A stretch of 64,000 nucleotides of DNA from an uncultured PS1 clade bacterium (lineage in GTDB: Bacteria; Pseudomonadota; Alphaproteobacteria; RS24): assembly GCA_902624095.1 (NCBI GenBank), contig CACNWB010000005.1, positions 7,886-71,885 on the forward strand, written 5' to 3'. The position numbers and the translations under genes were made by a program. This document shows, in pieces, positions 55,866-64,000 of the stretch. The stretch's first letter is position 1. Every line of letters starts with the position of its first letter. The notes beneath the pieces are model-generated. The model was not told the origin of the DNA, made no database searches, and worked only from the letters and a program-made list of their open reading frames with translations.

Positions 55866-56447
55866 GTGCCCACCCATTACGCAGCATCAGAAGTGCTGAT
55901 CCTATTAGTTGCTCTTTGGACAGCCCAGGCCTTGTGGCGGCATAAAATCTTCTATGGCGCCCTCGGAATTGTTCTTTTCGGCACAGCCGCCGCCTTTGGT
56001 GCAGTCAGGTTCGGCTTTGGTTTGGATAACGAGAACCTGATTACCATGCATCAGTTTGTCGGTCAGTTTGGAGGACTTATCGGTCTAATCTTGTTCATCT
56101 GCCAGCTAATGATTGGCGCAAATTCCGGACATAAATGGCATTTGTGGCATGCCGGTATTGCTGGCCCAGCGATACTGTTAGCCCTTTTCTTGCCATCAAC
56201 CCGCGTAACGCTGTTTCTAATTTGGTTACTAGGGTTGGTAGTTCTGAGCGCCGCGCGCACCCCGCAGATAGCGCTTCGAGGTCCGGTGAAAGCAGCTCTG
56301 GCGGGTGTTATGCTGGTAAATGTGCTGGTTTTGCGCCAGGCTTCTTGGCTGACTCCGGCGGAGAGTTGGCACGCAGTCCACTTTGTCGTCGCCTGCTGGC
56401 TGTTGGCTGTCTATACCTTGTTGGTTGCCCAGCGCGAACGGATCTGA
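55866..56447 (+). CDS. hypothetical integral membrane protein
   Basis: It has 5-6 predicted TM helices. The GTG start is 5 nt after the preceding stop. No family was recognised. Confidence 0.5.
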   Translation: MPTHYAASEVLILLVALWTAQALWRHKIFYGALGIVLFGTAAAFGAVRFGFGLDNENLITMHQFVGQFGGLIGLILFICQLMIGANSGHKWHLWHAGIAGPAILLALFLPSTRVTLFLIWLLGLVVLSAARTPQIALRGPVKAALAGVMLVNVLVLRQASWLTPAESWHAVHFVVACWLLAVYTLLVAQRERI

Positions 56448-56449
56448 GA

Positions 56450-57589
56450 TTAAAACATCAAATCTGCAAGTTTGCGCCGGTGATAGCGCGCATCGCCGTA
56501 CAGCGCCGCATTCCAAATCGCGCGGCGGCGATAGAGCTGGGCGTCGCAATCATAAGTAAAGCCATAGCCGCCATGAAACTGAATGGCGCGGTCGGCGGCA
56601 AAGGCGAAGGCCTCTTCTGCTTCGGCCTTGGCCATGCGCACAGCAATCTCCCCCTCGCCCTGCTGACCGAACAAAAAGGCCGCAGAATATAAATGCGCGC
56701 GTGCGCGCTCATAACCCATATGCGCGTCGACCATTGTGTGTTTCAAAGACTGATAGCCGCCGATCAGCTTGCCGAATTGCTTGCGTGTTTTCAGATAATC
56801 AAGCGTGTAGTCAATAACGCTGTATGTGCCGCCACACATTTCCGCCGCCGCCAGCAATGAGGCGGCCAGTTCAATATGGGCCAAGGTGTCAGCCACGGCG
56901 CCCTTGTCCATCAGTGCATCCGCCGGCAGAATTATACCATCCAGCGCAACGGCAAAAGCGCGGCGGGTCTCGTCAATAATTTTCTCACGCCGTACTGCCT
57001 TTGGCGGCAGCGCGTCTGTAGGAATAATCGCAAGGTTCGCTTGCTCACCGACAGCCACGGTTGTAACCATATAAGCTGCTTCCTGCAAATCCGACACCAG
57101 ATATTTCGTGCCGGAAAGCGCCAATTTGTCACCCGTGACGGAGCCCTTGCACGTGACACGGGAAAGGTTCCAGTCGCCATGGTCTTCGCACAAGCCAAGT
57201 GTCGCCGCCGTGCCGGAAGCCAGTTTCGGTAAAATTTCGTTTTTTTGCGCTTCCGTGCCGCCGCGCAACACCGATTGTGCGGCTAGCACCGTGCTGACAT
57301 AGGGCGTTGTCAACAAGTGGCGCCCCATCTGCTCGACAATCGGCACAATCTCGCCCAGACTCAACCCGATACCGCCATAGGTGTCGGGAATGCCAATGCC
57401 CAGCCAACCAAGCTCGGCTATTTCGTCCCAGATGCCAGGGTTAAAGCCCGTGTCTTCTTCAAGCAGCGCGCGCACCTCGGCGGCAGGCGATTTGTCACGA
57501 CAGAAGCCTGCCGCAATATCGATAAGCTGTGCCTGTTCTTCACTCAACCCGATGCCGGGCGTTTGGGCCGGATTTACAAAAGTCGACAT
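56450..57589 (-). CDS. acyl-CoA dehydrogenase family protein (379 aa)
   Basis: It shows ACAD fold blocks (GWLGIGIP, GGYQSLKH, IQFHGGYGFT). It lies 15 nt downstream of the 404-aa ACAD gene. Confidence 0.85.
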   Translation of the reverse strand: MSTFVNPAQTPGIGLSEEQAQLIDIAAGFCRDKSPAAEVRALLEEDTGFNPGIWDEIAELGWLGIGIPDTYGGIGLSLGEIVPIVEQMGRHLLTTPYVSTVLAAQSVLRGGTEAQKNEILPKLASGTAATLGLCEDHGDWNLSRVTCKGSVTGDKLALSGTKYLVSDLQEAAYMVTTVAVGEQANLAIIPTDALPPKAVRREKIIDETRRAFAVALDGIILPADALMDKGAVADTLAHIELAASLLAAAEMCGGTYSVIDYTLDYLKTRKQFGKLIGGYQSLKHTMVDAHMGYERARAHLYSAAFLFGQQGEGEIAVRMAKAEAEEAFAFAADRAIQFHGGYGFTYDCDAQLYRRRAIWNAALYGDARYHRRKLADLMF

Positions 57590-57604
57590 GATTGCTCCCC
57601 GGTC

Positions 57605-58819
57605 TTAGCCCTTGGGCAAGCCCAAAACATGCTCGCCGATAATATTGCGCTGGATCTGTGACGTACCGCCACCGATGGTGGCCGAAAAACTGTTCAGATA
57701 GCCGCGCTGCCAAATCCCGTTATCATGTGCTGACGGGTCGTCAACATAATAAGCGCCGCGTGTGCCCTGCAGGGAAATCGCAAAGGCATTCAACCGCTGG
57801 TAGAAATCAGTGCTAGACAATTTGCTGCCCAGCGCCAGCGACATAGGATAATCCTGTGTCAGCGGCTGAATTTTATCGCGCCGGCTGTTGAGCCCCAGCG
57901 CGCGCGCTTCGGTCATGAGCTTCACAAGTTCCTCGCGCAAGGCCGGGTCTTCAATGGCGGGTCGGCCGTTTACCTGTGCCGATTTTGCCAAATCAATAAT
58001 GTCGGCTGGATTGGTCAGCATCATCACATGCCCGCCCGCCTGACCGGAGCGCGCACCGCGCTCATACTCCAACGTTTCCATGGCGATAATCCATCCTTCG
58101 CCCTCTTGACCCATCAGGCTTGAAGCGGGGATGCGCGCATCGGTAAAAAATGTCTGGGTAAAGCCGTATTCGCCAGTCAACTTGCGAATGGGTACAGTTT
58201 CCACGCCGGGCGCTTTCATCGGTGCTAGGAAAAAACTCAGGCCCTTATATTTGGTCTCCGCGTCCGGATTCGTCCGTGCCAGCAAAATCATGAAATCGGC
58301 GTAATTGCCCTGCGTCGTCCAGATTTTAGACCCGTTAATGACATATTCGTCGCCGTCGCGGACGGCGCGCGTTTGTGCGTTGCCGAGGTCTGAGCCGTGG
58401 TCAGGTTCGGAAAAACCCTGACACCAGATGCTCTCCGCCGACAAAATGCCCTTGATATATTTCTGTTTTTCTTCATGCGTGCCACGGTCCAGCAAAAGCG
58501 GGCCGGTCCAGTTGAGACCGATGGCGTTCAACATGATGGGCGTGCGCGCCGCCGACATCACCTTGGTCGCGGCATCCTGAAACGCGCGGTCAAGCCCACC
58601 ACCGCCATACTCTTTCGGCCAATGCGCGCCCAGATAACCGGCCTCGTAAACTTTGTTTTGCCAATCACGTAAAAAATTGAACTGCTCGTCTGTACCGACC
58701 TCCATAAAGGTAAGTGGCAACAAGAAGTCCACCTCGCGCGGGGTATTTTCGTCAAACCACGCCTCAGCTTGCTCACGAAACTCTGTGATTTCTTTTTCAT
58801 TAACCGTGCTCATTTGCAT
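57605..58819 (-). CDS. acyl-CoA dehydrogenase family protein (404 aa)
   Basis: It has WCQGFSEPDHGSDL, DEYVINGSKIWTT and GGGTSQIQRNIIGE. Confidence 0.85.
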   Translation of the reverse strand: MQMSTVNEKEITEFREQAEAWFDENTPREVDFLLPLTFMEVGTDEQFNFLRDWQNKVYEAGYLGAHWPKEYGGGGLDRAFQDAATKVMSAARTPIMLNAIGLNWTGPLLLDRGTHEEKQKYIKGILSAESIWCQGFSEPDHGSDLGNAQTRAVRDGDEYVINGSKIWTTQGNYADFMILLARTNPDAETKYKGLSFFLAPMKAPGVETVPIRKLTGEYGFTQTFFTDARIPASSLMGQEGEGWIIAMETLEYERGARSGQAGGHVMMLTNPADIIDLAKSAQVNGRPAIEDPALREELVKLMTEARALGLNSRRDKIQPLTQDYPMSLALGSKLSSTDFYQRLNAFAISLQGTRGAYYVDDPSAHDNGIWQRGYLNSFSATIGGGTSQIQRNIIGEHVLGLPKG

Positions 58820-59415
58820 TTTTTCCTCGGCTATTTTTCGTAATCGTTAGCTTAAGTTCACATGCGCAGGCAGGCAAATTTTTTTCCGTGTCAAAACACC
58901 GCAACCGGAAGTACCTCGAGCGGCGGGCCTAGCGCGCCACCGCTGATTTTTACGAATGTGCGCTGGCCGCCAAAGCCCAGCGAACCAATCAACACGGCAA
59001 TCAACTCTTCCATGTGAATGGCAAGCGGTACGGCAATATCCAGTCGATAAAGGGCGATCAATAAAGGCTTGATATGGCGCAAGATGATGGAATAGGGCAA
59101 TTAAAAACCGTACGCCCAACCGATAAACAGGCGCCAGCCTTAAGCAAAAATCGACCGGCGCGCGGCCTCAACATTGTTTATTTCGGTCTGTACGAGCGCG
59201 GGCTGTTAGGCCATGCTCGCCATTGCCACAGTCTTGCTAAGGCGCTCCTTGTCGGAGGTAAAGAACCCGTCCAGCGCGCATCCCACGGCTTAAATGGGTT
59301 CGGCGGCAACAGGCCGGTTGAAAATGACCACATATGCATTGCTCCACTTCCCTTGCTGGTATCAACGGAGAAGCCGACGGTGGTTCTTTGCCCTTCAGCA
59401 CTTTATATCAATGCC

Positions 59416-60102
59416 TTAGCGTTGAACGATATTTTGCGCCTCTTTGGCAAATTTTTCGGCTTCTTCTTCTTTGCCGTCGATCAGCAATGCAAGGTCAAAC
59501 GGCACTTTAACGCCGGCCTGACATTTCGGGCGCGCTGACATGGCCGTGCTCCAGCGGCTCAAATGTTCCAGATCACGGCTTTCCACACCTGACCATTTGG
59601 CCGTTCGCGTCCAGCACCAATTGGCAATATCGGCGATTGAGAAATCGTCAGCTAGCCATTCATGTTCTGCCAGATGTGTGTCCATCACCTCAAACAGGCG
59701 ACGCACTTCATTTTGATAGCGGTCAATGGCGGGTTGAATTTTTTCGGGAAAATAGCGGAAAAACACATTTGCCTGCCCCATCATCGGACCGATGCCGCCC
59801 ATTTGAAACATCAGCCAGCTCAAAACGCGTGCCCGCGCCTTGGGCTCAATCGGCAGCAATTTGCCAGCCTTTTCCGCCAAATGAATCATGATGGCGCCAC
59901 TTTCGAAAACCGGCAAATCGTCAAAATCGTGATCAATAATCGCCGGAATGCGTCCGTTTGGGTTTATGGCCAAGAATTCCGGTTTTTTCTGGTCACCAGA
60001 CTGTAAGTCAATCGCGTGCACATTATATGAGAGTTCCAACTCCTCCAGCGTGACGGATGCCTTATAGCCGTTGGGGGTGGGTGATGTGTAAAGATCAATC
60101 AT
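59416..60102 (-). CDS. glutathione S-transferase (Nu-class, YfcG/YghU-like)
   Basis: [25 protein letters not shown]...[12 protein letters not shown] is a Nu-class GST N-terminal domain. Confidence 0.85.
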   Translation of the reverse strand: MIDLYTSPTPNGYKASVTLEELELSYNVHAIDLQSGDQKKPEFLAINPNGRIPAIIDHDFDDLPVFESGAIMIHLAEKAGKLLPIEPKARARVLSWLMFQMGGIGPMMGQANVFFRYFPEKIQPAIDRYQNEVRRLFEVMDTHLAEHEWLADDFSIADIANWCWTRTAKWSGVESRDLEHLSRWSTAMSARPKCQAGVKVPFDLALLIDGKEEEAEKFAKEAQNIVQR

Positions 60103-60498
60103 GATGCCCTCTTTTGCAAAGATTTGCAGATAGCCTAGCTAGCCGGACAGATAAGCTCAATCGCTAAATTGAAGCACAATGCCGATGGGCCCGAACGCCG
60201 TGCGGTTGAATGGAAACAGGCTGCGGCCGGAGAAAAAGGGCCGCATATTCGGTTCCATGATTTGCGGCATGACGGGATCAGTCGCCTGTTCGAAAAAGGC
60301 TGAGTGTTCCAGAAGGTGCTTCGATAAGCGGGTACAGAACACCCAGCCAATTATTCATACATGCGCATGCAGATCTGAAACTGATCCGATAGCGCCTTAC
60401 TTGCGATGATTTGGCTCACCAGCCTCTGCAGAATCTCGCTCGATCGGTTTCTCCTCAATTCTATTTTTTATAATCATTGGCAACCGAGGCTCGCTAAC

Positions 60499-60529
60499 AA
60501 AAAAAGGGAATGCTCGCATCCCCTTTTTT
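60499..60529 (-). terminator. rho-independent (bidirectional) terminator after nrdB
   Basis: AAAAAAA-GGGAATGC TCGCATCCCC-TTTTTT is a GC stem with A- and T-runs on both sides. It begins about 30 nt after the nrdB stop. Confidence 0.7.
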
Positions 60530-60560
60530 AAATTCCGCTTATAGGAAACCTCCTCGTCGG

Positions 60561-61520
60561 TCACCCGAAGGCTTCATCCCATGTGCCCGCAGTGGCGGCT
60601 TTCGCGTATTCTGTGGCACGGCCTTCGAAGAAATTCATATGCTCAATGCCGTTCAGCATTTCATCCATCCACGGTAGAGGGTTTTTGTCGATGTCATAAA
60701 TCGAGTTCAACCCAAGCTGTGTCAGACGGCGATTGCCGATGAAACGGATGTATTGTTTCACTTCCTCGGGCTCGAGGCCCTCGACCCCTCCCATCTCAAA
60801 AGCCAGATCGATGAAGGCGTCCTCGTGCGTGACTATAGTGTCACAAGCTTTATACAAATCCTGTTGAAAAGCATGATCCCATATTTCTGGGTTTTCATCG
60901 ATAAAAGTCCTAAACAGTCTTATCGTCGAGTTTGTGTGCAGGGTCTCATCGCGCGCAGACCATGTTACGATCTGACCCATCCCCTTCATTTTGTTAAACC
61001 TTGGGAAGTTCATTAAAATAGCGAAACTTGCAAATAGCTGTAACCCCTCAGTGAAACCGCCAAAAACCGCAAGGGTTTTTGCAACATCAGTTTTAGTTTC
61101 TACGCCCCATTCCTGCATATAGTCATATTTATCCTTCATCTCTCCATATTTTAGAAATGCCTCATACTCAATTTCCGGCATACCAATTGTATCGAGCAAA
61201 TGTGAATAGGCAGCGATGTGGATCGTTTCCATATTCGAAAAGGACGCCATCATCATTTGCACCTCAGTTGGCTTAAAAACCTGACTGTAGTGCTTCATAT
61301 AACAGTTATTAACTTCTACATCTGCTTGCACAAAAAAACGAAATATCTGTGTGAGCAGATTACGCTCTGGATCAGACAGGTTTTTGTGCCAGTCTTTCAC
61401 GTCCTCAGCAAGAGGGACTTCCTCTGGAAGCCAATGTATCCGCTGCTGAGTAAGCCACGCATCATAGGCCCACGGGTAACGGAATGGTTTGTAGGTAATT
61501 CGTTCTTCAAGTAGTGACAT
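60561..61520 (-). CDS. nrdB: class I ribonucleotide reductase small subunit
   Basis: The di-iron ligands are QADVEV, METIHIAAY (ExxH plus the radical Tyr at H+4), TEGLQLF and RDETLH. Confidence 0.9.
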   Translation of the reverse strand: MSLLEERITYKPFRYPWAYDAWLTQQRIHWLPEEVPLAEDVKDWHKNLSDPERNLLTQIFRFFVQADVEVNNCYMKHYSQVFKPTEVQMMMASFSNMETIHIAAYSHLLDTIGMPEIEYEAFLKYGEMKDKYDYMQEWGVETKTDVAKTLAVFGGFTEGLQLFASFAILMNFPRFNKMKGMGQIVTWSARDETLHTNSTIRLFRTFIDENPEIWDHAFQQDLYKACDTIVTHEDAFIDLAFEMGGVEGLEPEEVKQYIRFIGNRRLTQLGLNSIYDIDKNPLPWMDEMLNGIEHMNFFEGRATEYAKAATAGTWDEAFG

Positions 61521-61601
61521 TTTTATATCTCTCTATATGCAAATTTATTTAATTGAAAACTTCATCCGGGGAATCGCTGCCCAAAATTCTACATTGTAAT
61601 T

Positions 61602-63557
61602 TTACTGGCAGGAGAGGCACTCCTCATATTCTGATACGGAACCAGATGGTTTTTCAATTTGAGTTGAACCACTTTCCTTTTCAGCTCTTTGAATAGACAG
61701 AGAGCGACAATAATAAAGGCTTTTAACGCCTTTTTTCCACGCCTGATAATGGATCTGGTGCAGATCGCGTTTGTGGATATTGGCAGGCAAGAACACATTC
61801 AGCGATTGCGCCTGATCAATAAGGTCGGAGCGGTCGCCGGCCAAATCAATCAGCCAGCGCTGGTCGATCTCAAACGCGGTCTTAAACACTGATTTTTCAT
61901 CTTCACTCAAAAAGTCCAGATGCTGTACCGACCCGCCCGATGTGACGATGGACGACCAAACCTCATCCGTATTCTGGCCTTTGTCGCTCAGCAATTTGTT
62001 CAAATGCCGGTTGCGGACATTGAACGAACCCGAGAGGGTTTTATGGGTAAAGCTGTTTCCGGCAATAGGTTCAATACCAGGGCTTGTACCACCGCAAATG
62101 ATTGAAATTGAGGCCGTCGGCGCGATTGCAGTTTTATTGGAAAAGCGCTCATTGGTTCCGCATTCAGCAGCATCTAGACATGGGCCCCGCTCATGTGCCA
62201 ATTCTTTCGACGCCGCGTCCACATGCTCTTTGATATGCGTGAACATGCGCTTGTTCCAGACCTTCGCCATCACCGATTCCCATGGGACCATATTGGCCTG
62301 CAGAAAAGAGTGAAAACCCATGATCCCAAGCCCGACACTACGTTCGCGTTGGGCCGAATATTTAGCCTTAGCCATTTCATCCGGCGCCCGCTGTATGAAG
62401 TCTTCAAGCACATTATCAAGAAAGCGCATCACATCGTGAATAAAGTTTTCGTCCTTGCTCCACTCCATGAACTTCTCGGCATTGAGCGACGACAGGCAGC
62501 ACACAGCCGTGCGCTGCTGGCCGAGATGATCCTCGCCCGTTGGCAGAGTGATTTCAGCGCATAAGTTGGAGGTTTTAATTTCTAGATTGAGTAGCTTTTG
62601 ATGTTCAGGACGCAGATTATTCACGGTATCTTTAAAAACCATGTAAGGTTCGCCTGTTTCGATGCGTGCAGTCAGCATGCGAATCCACAAATCACGGGCC
62701 TGCAATGTCGCCTGCACAGAGCCGTCGCGCGGGCTTCGCAATGCCCATTCTTCGTCGCGCTCAACCGCCCGCATAAAAGCGTCTGAGATCAACACACCAT
62801 GATGCAAATTGAGCGCTTTGCGATTCGGGTCGCCGCCCGTGGGACGGCGTATCTCCACAAATTCCTCAATTTCGGGGTGGTCAATCGGCAGATAGACTGC
62901 CGCCGAGCCACGCCGCAAAGAGCCTTGCGAAATAGCCAGCGTCAGGCTGTCCATAACGCAAATGAACGGAACAATACCAGAAGTCTTGCCGTTTTGGCCA
63001 ACGCGCTCACCGATTGAACGCAGATTGCCCCAATAGCTGCCAATACCGCCGCCACGCGCAGCAAGCCAAACGTTTTCATTCCACAAATTGACAATATCGC
63101 CTAGGCTGTCATTGGCTTCATTCAAAAAGCAGGAAATTGGCAGGCCGCGATCCGTACCGCCATTGGATAAAACCGGTGTGGCGGGCATGAACCACAATTT
63201 CGAAATATAGTCGTACAGGCGCTGGGCATGGCCTTCATCATCCCCGTAATAAGAAGCAACACGGGCGAACAAATCTTGGAAGGTTTCGCCAGGCATCAAA
63301 TAGCGGTCGGTCAAAGTGGCTTTGCCGAAATCGGTCAACAGCGCATCGCGTGATGGGTCGATTTTAACCCTCGGCCGCGAGACAAACTGGACGCCTTGGT
63401 CCTGCCTGTCAAAATCCATCCGCGGCTCTTTTTCAGCCGGATCACCTGCGGCCTTGCGTGAAGCCCGCTCTTCCGCGGGGAAAGTGTTCAGCAATTCCTG
63501 CATTTCCTTATCCGTTACACCTGAATGCCCGTTTTTGCGTAGCGTATCTCTAAACAT
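61602..63557 (-). CDS. nrdA: class I ribonucleotide reductase large subunit (no N-terminal ATP-cone)
   Basis: It has PATPVLSNGGT, the catalytic NLCAEI and GLGIMGF. The C-terminal Cys pair is ECLSCQ. The N terminus lacks the VxKRDG ATP-cone motif. Confidence 0.9.
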   Translation of the reverse strand: MFRDTLRKNGHSGVTDKEMQELLNTFPAEERASRKAAGDPAEKEPRMDFDRQDQGVQFVSRPRVKIDPSRDALLTDFGKATLTDRYLMPGETFQDLFARVASYYGDDEGHAQRLYDYISKLWFMPATPVLSNGGTDRGLPISCFLNEANDSLGDIVNLWNENVWLAARGGGIGSYWGNLRSIGERVGQNGKTSGIVPFICVMDSLTLAISQGSLRRGSAAVYLPIDHPEIEEFVEIRRPTGGDPNRKALNLHHGVLISDAFMRAVERDEEWALRSPRDGSVQATLQARDLWIRMLTARIETGEPYMVFKDTVNNLRPEHQKLLNLEIKTSNLCAEITLPTGEDHLGQQRTAVCCLSSLNAEKFMEWSKDENFIHDVMRFLDNVLEDFIQRAPDEMAKAKYSAQRERSVGLGIMGFHSFLQANMVPWESVMAKVWNKRMFTHIKEHVDAASKELAHERGPCLDAAECGTNERFSNKTAIAPTASISIICGGTSPGIEPIAGNSFTHKTLSGSFNVRNRHLNKLLSDKGQNTDEVWSSIVTSGGSVQHLDFLSEDEKSVFKTAFEIDQRWLIDLAGDRSDLIDQAQSLNVFLPANIHKRDLHQIHYQAWKKGVKSLYYCRSLSIQRAEKESGSTQIEKPSGSVSEYEECLSCQ

Positions 63558-63757
63558 TCCTCGTCCCCCGACAGTTCCAGCCCTTCAGTTTCTCTCCTAA
63601 AGCAGGGAATTCCGCGGGCTTCAGCCGTTTGGGAATAGTTATCGAGAGGCGCGAACGCACCATAGCTCAGCTTGAGCATACCACGATCAGATAACTGCTT
63701 TAGGTGCCTTTTAATCCATGTCCCCGAAAAGGTTGGGGGGTAAATCTCAAGGCCCAG

Positions 63758-63773
63758 ACACTACATATAGTGT
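63758..63773. promoter_or_regulatory. NrdR box
   Basis: ACACTACATATAGTGT matches the 16-bp NrdR consensus acaCwAtATaTwGtgt at 15/16 positions. It lies 200 nt upstream of the nrdA ATG. Confidence 0.6.
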
Positions 63774-63789
63774 CCAAAGCCCTCTAAAT

Positions 63790-63805
63790 CGTCAACAGAT
63801 AGTTG
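63790..63805. promoter_or_regulatory. possible second, degenerate NrdR box
   Basis: CGTCAACAGATAGTTG matches the central 10 positions of the consensus at 8/10. Its centre is 32 bp from box 1, which is the usual tandem-box spacing. Confidence 0.3.
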
Positions 63806-63917
63806 CAAATTTTTTAAACTATTTATTCGGAGAAAAAAAACGCACGAATTTTCAACGAGTTATTGGCGCTGCGGGATGATCACGCCAAGATACAAATTTG
63901 CAAAATTCCCCACCGAC

Positions 63918-63926
63918 TTATCCACA
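63918..63926. promoter_or_regulatory. perfect DnaA-box 9-mer upstream of nrdAB
   Basis: TTATCCACA. A single occurrence is statistically unremarkable, since about 0.5 are expected per window on both strands. Confidence 0.25.
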
Positions 63927-64000
63927 AGGTGCAGTTTTGGCAAATCAGTGATTTGTTTCGACCTGTTTTGCCCGCAGAAACCGCGACACGACCCAGGCAC

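Noticed and set aside
59074-59538. A 154-aa plus-strand ORF in the ACAD-GST gap.
   Set aside because: It overlaps the 3' end of the well-supported GST gene by about 120 nt on the opposite strand. It has no motifs and a low-complexity tail ([10 protein letters not shown]) that is the antisense of GST codons.
60135-60350. Two overlapping 61-71-aa minus-strand ORFs between the GST and nrdB genes.
   Set aside because: They share the same DNA in different frames and neither has a recognisable family or RBS. The region may be spacer DNA or a decayed gene, and there is not enough evidence to call a CDS.

Overview
This 64-kb chromosomal segment reads like a marine alphaproteobacterium. That assignment is an inference from synteny (ileS-lspA-DUF3035; murA-DUF2948-hisD-UPF0262-infA-maf-rng-yacG) and from a PopZ/DUF2497-like gene. 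I call about 65 protein genes and 2 tRNAs (Thr-GGU, Phe-GAA). I saw no rRNA, CRISPR array, transposase, integrase or prophage genes. The layout is as follows. (1) 1-4.5 kb holds housekeeping and envelope genes. (2) 4.6-7.5 kb looks AT-rich by eye and carries an acidic SHOCT membrane protein, a PopZ-like gene and an orphan type IV pilin. (3) 7.5-16 kb is core metabolism and translation, including a PAS/winged-helix chimeric gene remnant beside tRNA-Thr. (4) 16-27 kb is acyl-CoA metabolism plus a phenylacetate (paa) cluster with both PaaX- and TetR-type regulators. (5) 27.2-30.1 kb holds a VOC enzyme, a photolyase homologue with apparently permuted domain order and a secreted YHYH/HNH-type nuclease. 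The last two genes are bracketed by an ~87-bp direct repeat next to tRNA-Phe. (6) 32.4-50.2 kb is a hydrophobic-substrate block. It contains a serine hydrolase, a 3-hydroxyacyl-CoA dehydrogenase, an RND + DUF1329 x2 + Ycf48-like BNR propeller + DUF1302 barrel cluster, a covalently duplicated (tandem) MarR regulator, and an SDR-P450-BVMO-ferredoxin operon. (7) 50-60 kb is miscellaneous redox and lipid enzymes. (8) 60.5-63.8 kb is nrdAB with an NrdR box. My best candidate for an undescribed system is the RND/DUF1329/DUF1302/BNR envelope cluster together with its neighbouring tandem-MarR and P450/BVMO genes. The permuted photolyase-like gene inside the repeat-bounded cassette is second. All functional calls rest on motif and family recognition by eye from the translations. 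No database search was run.
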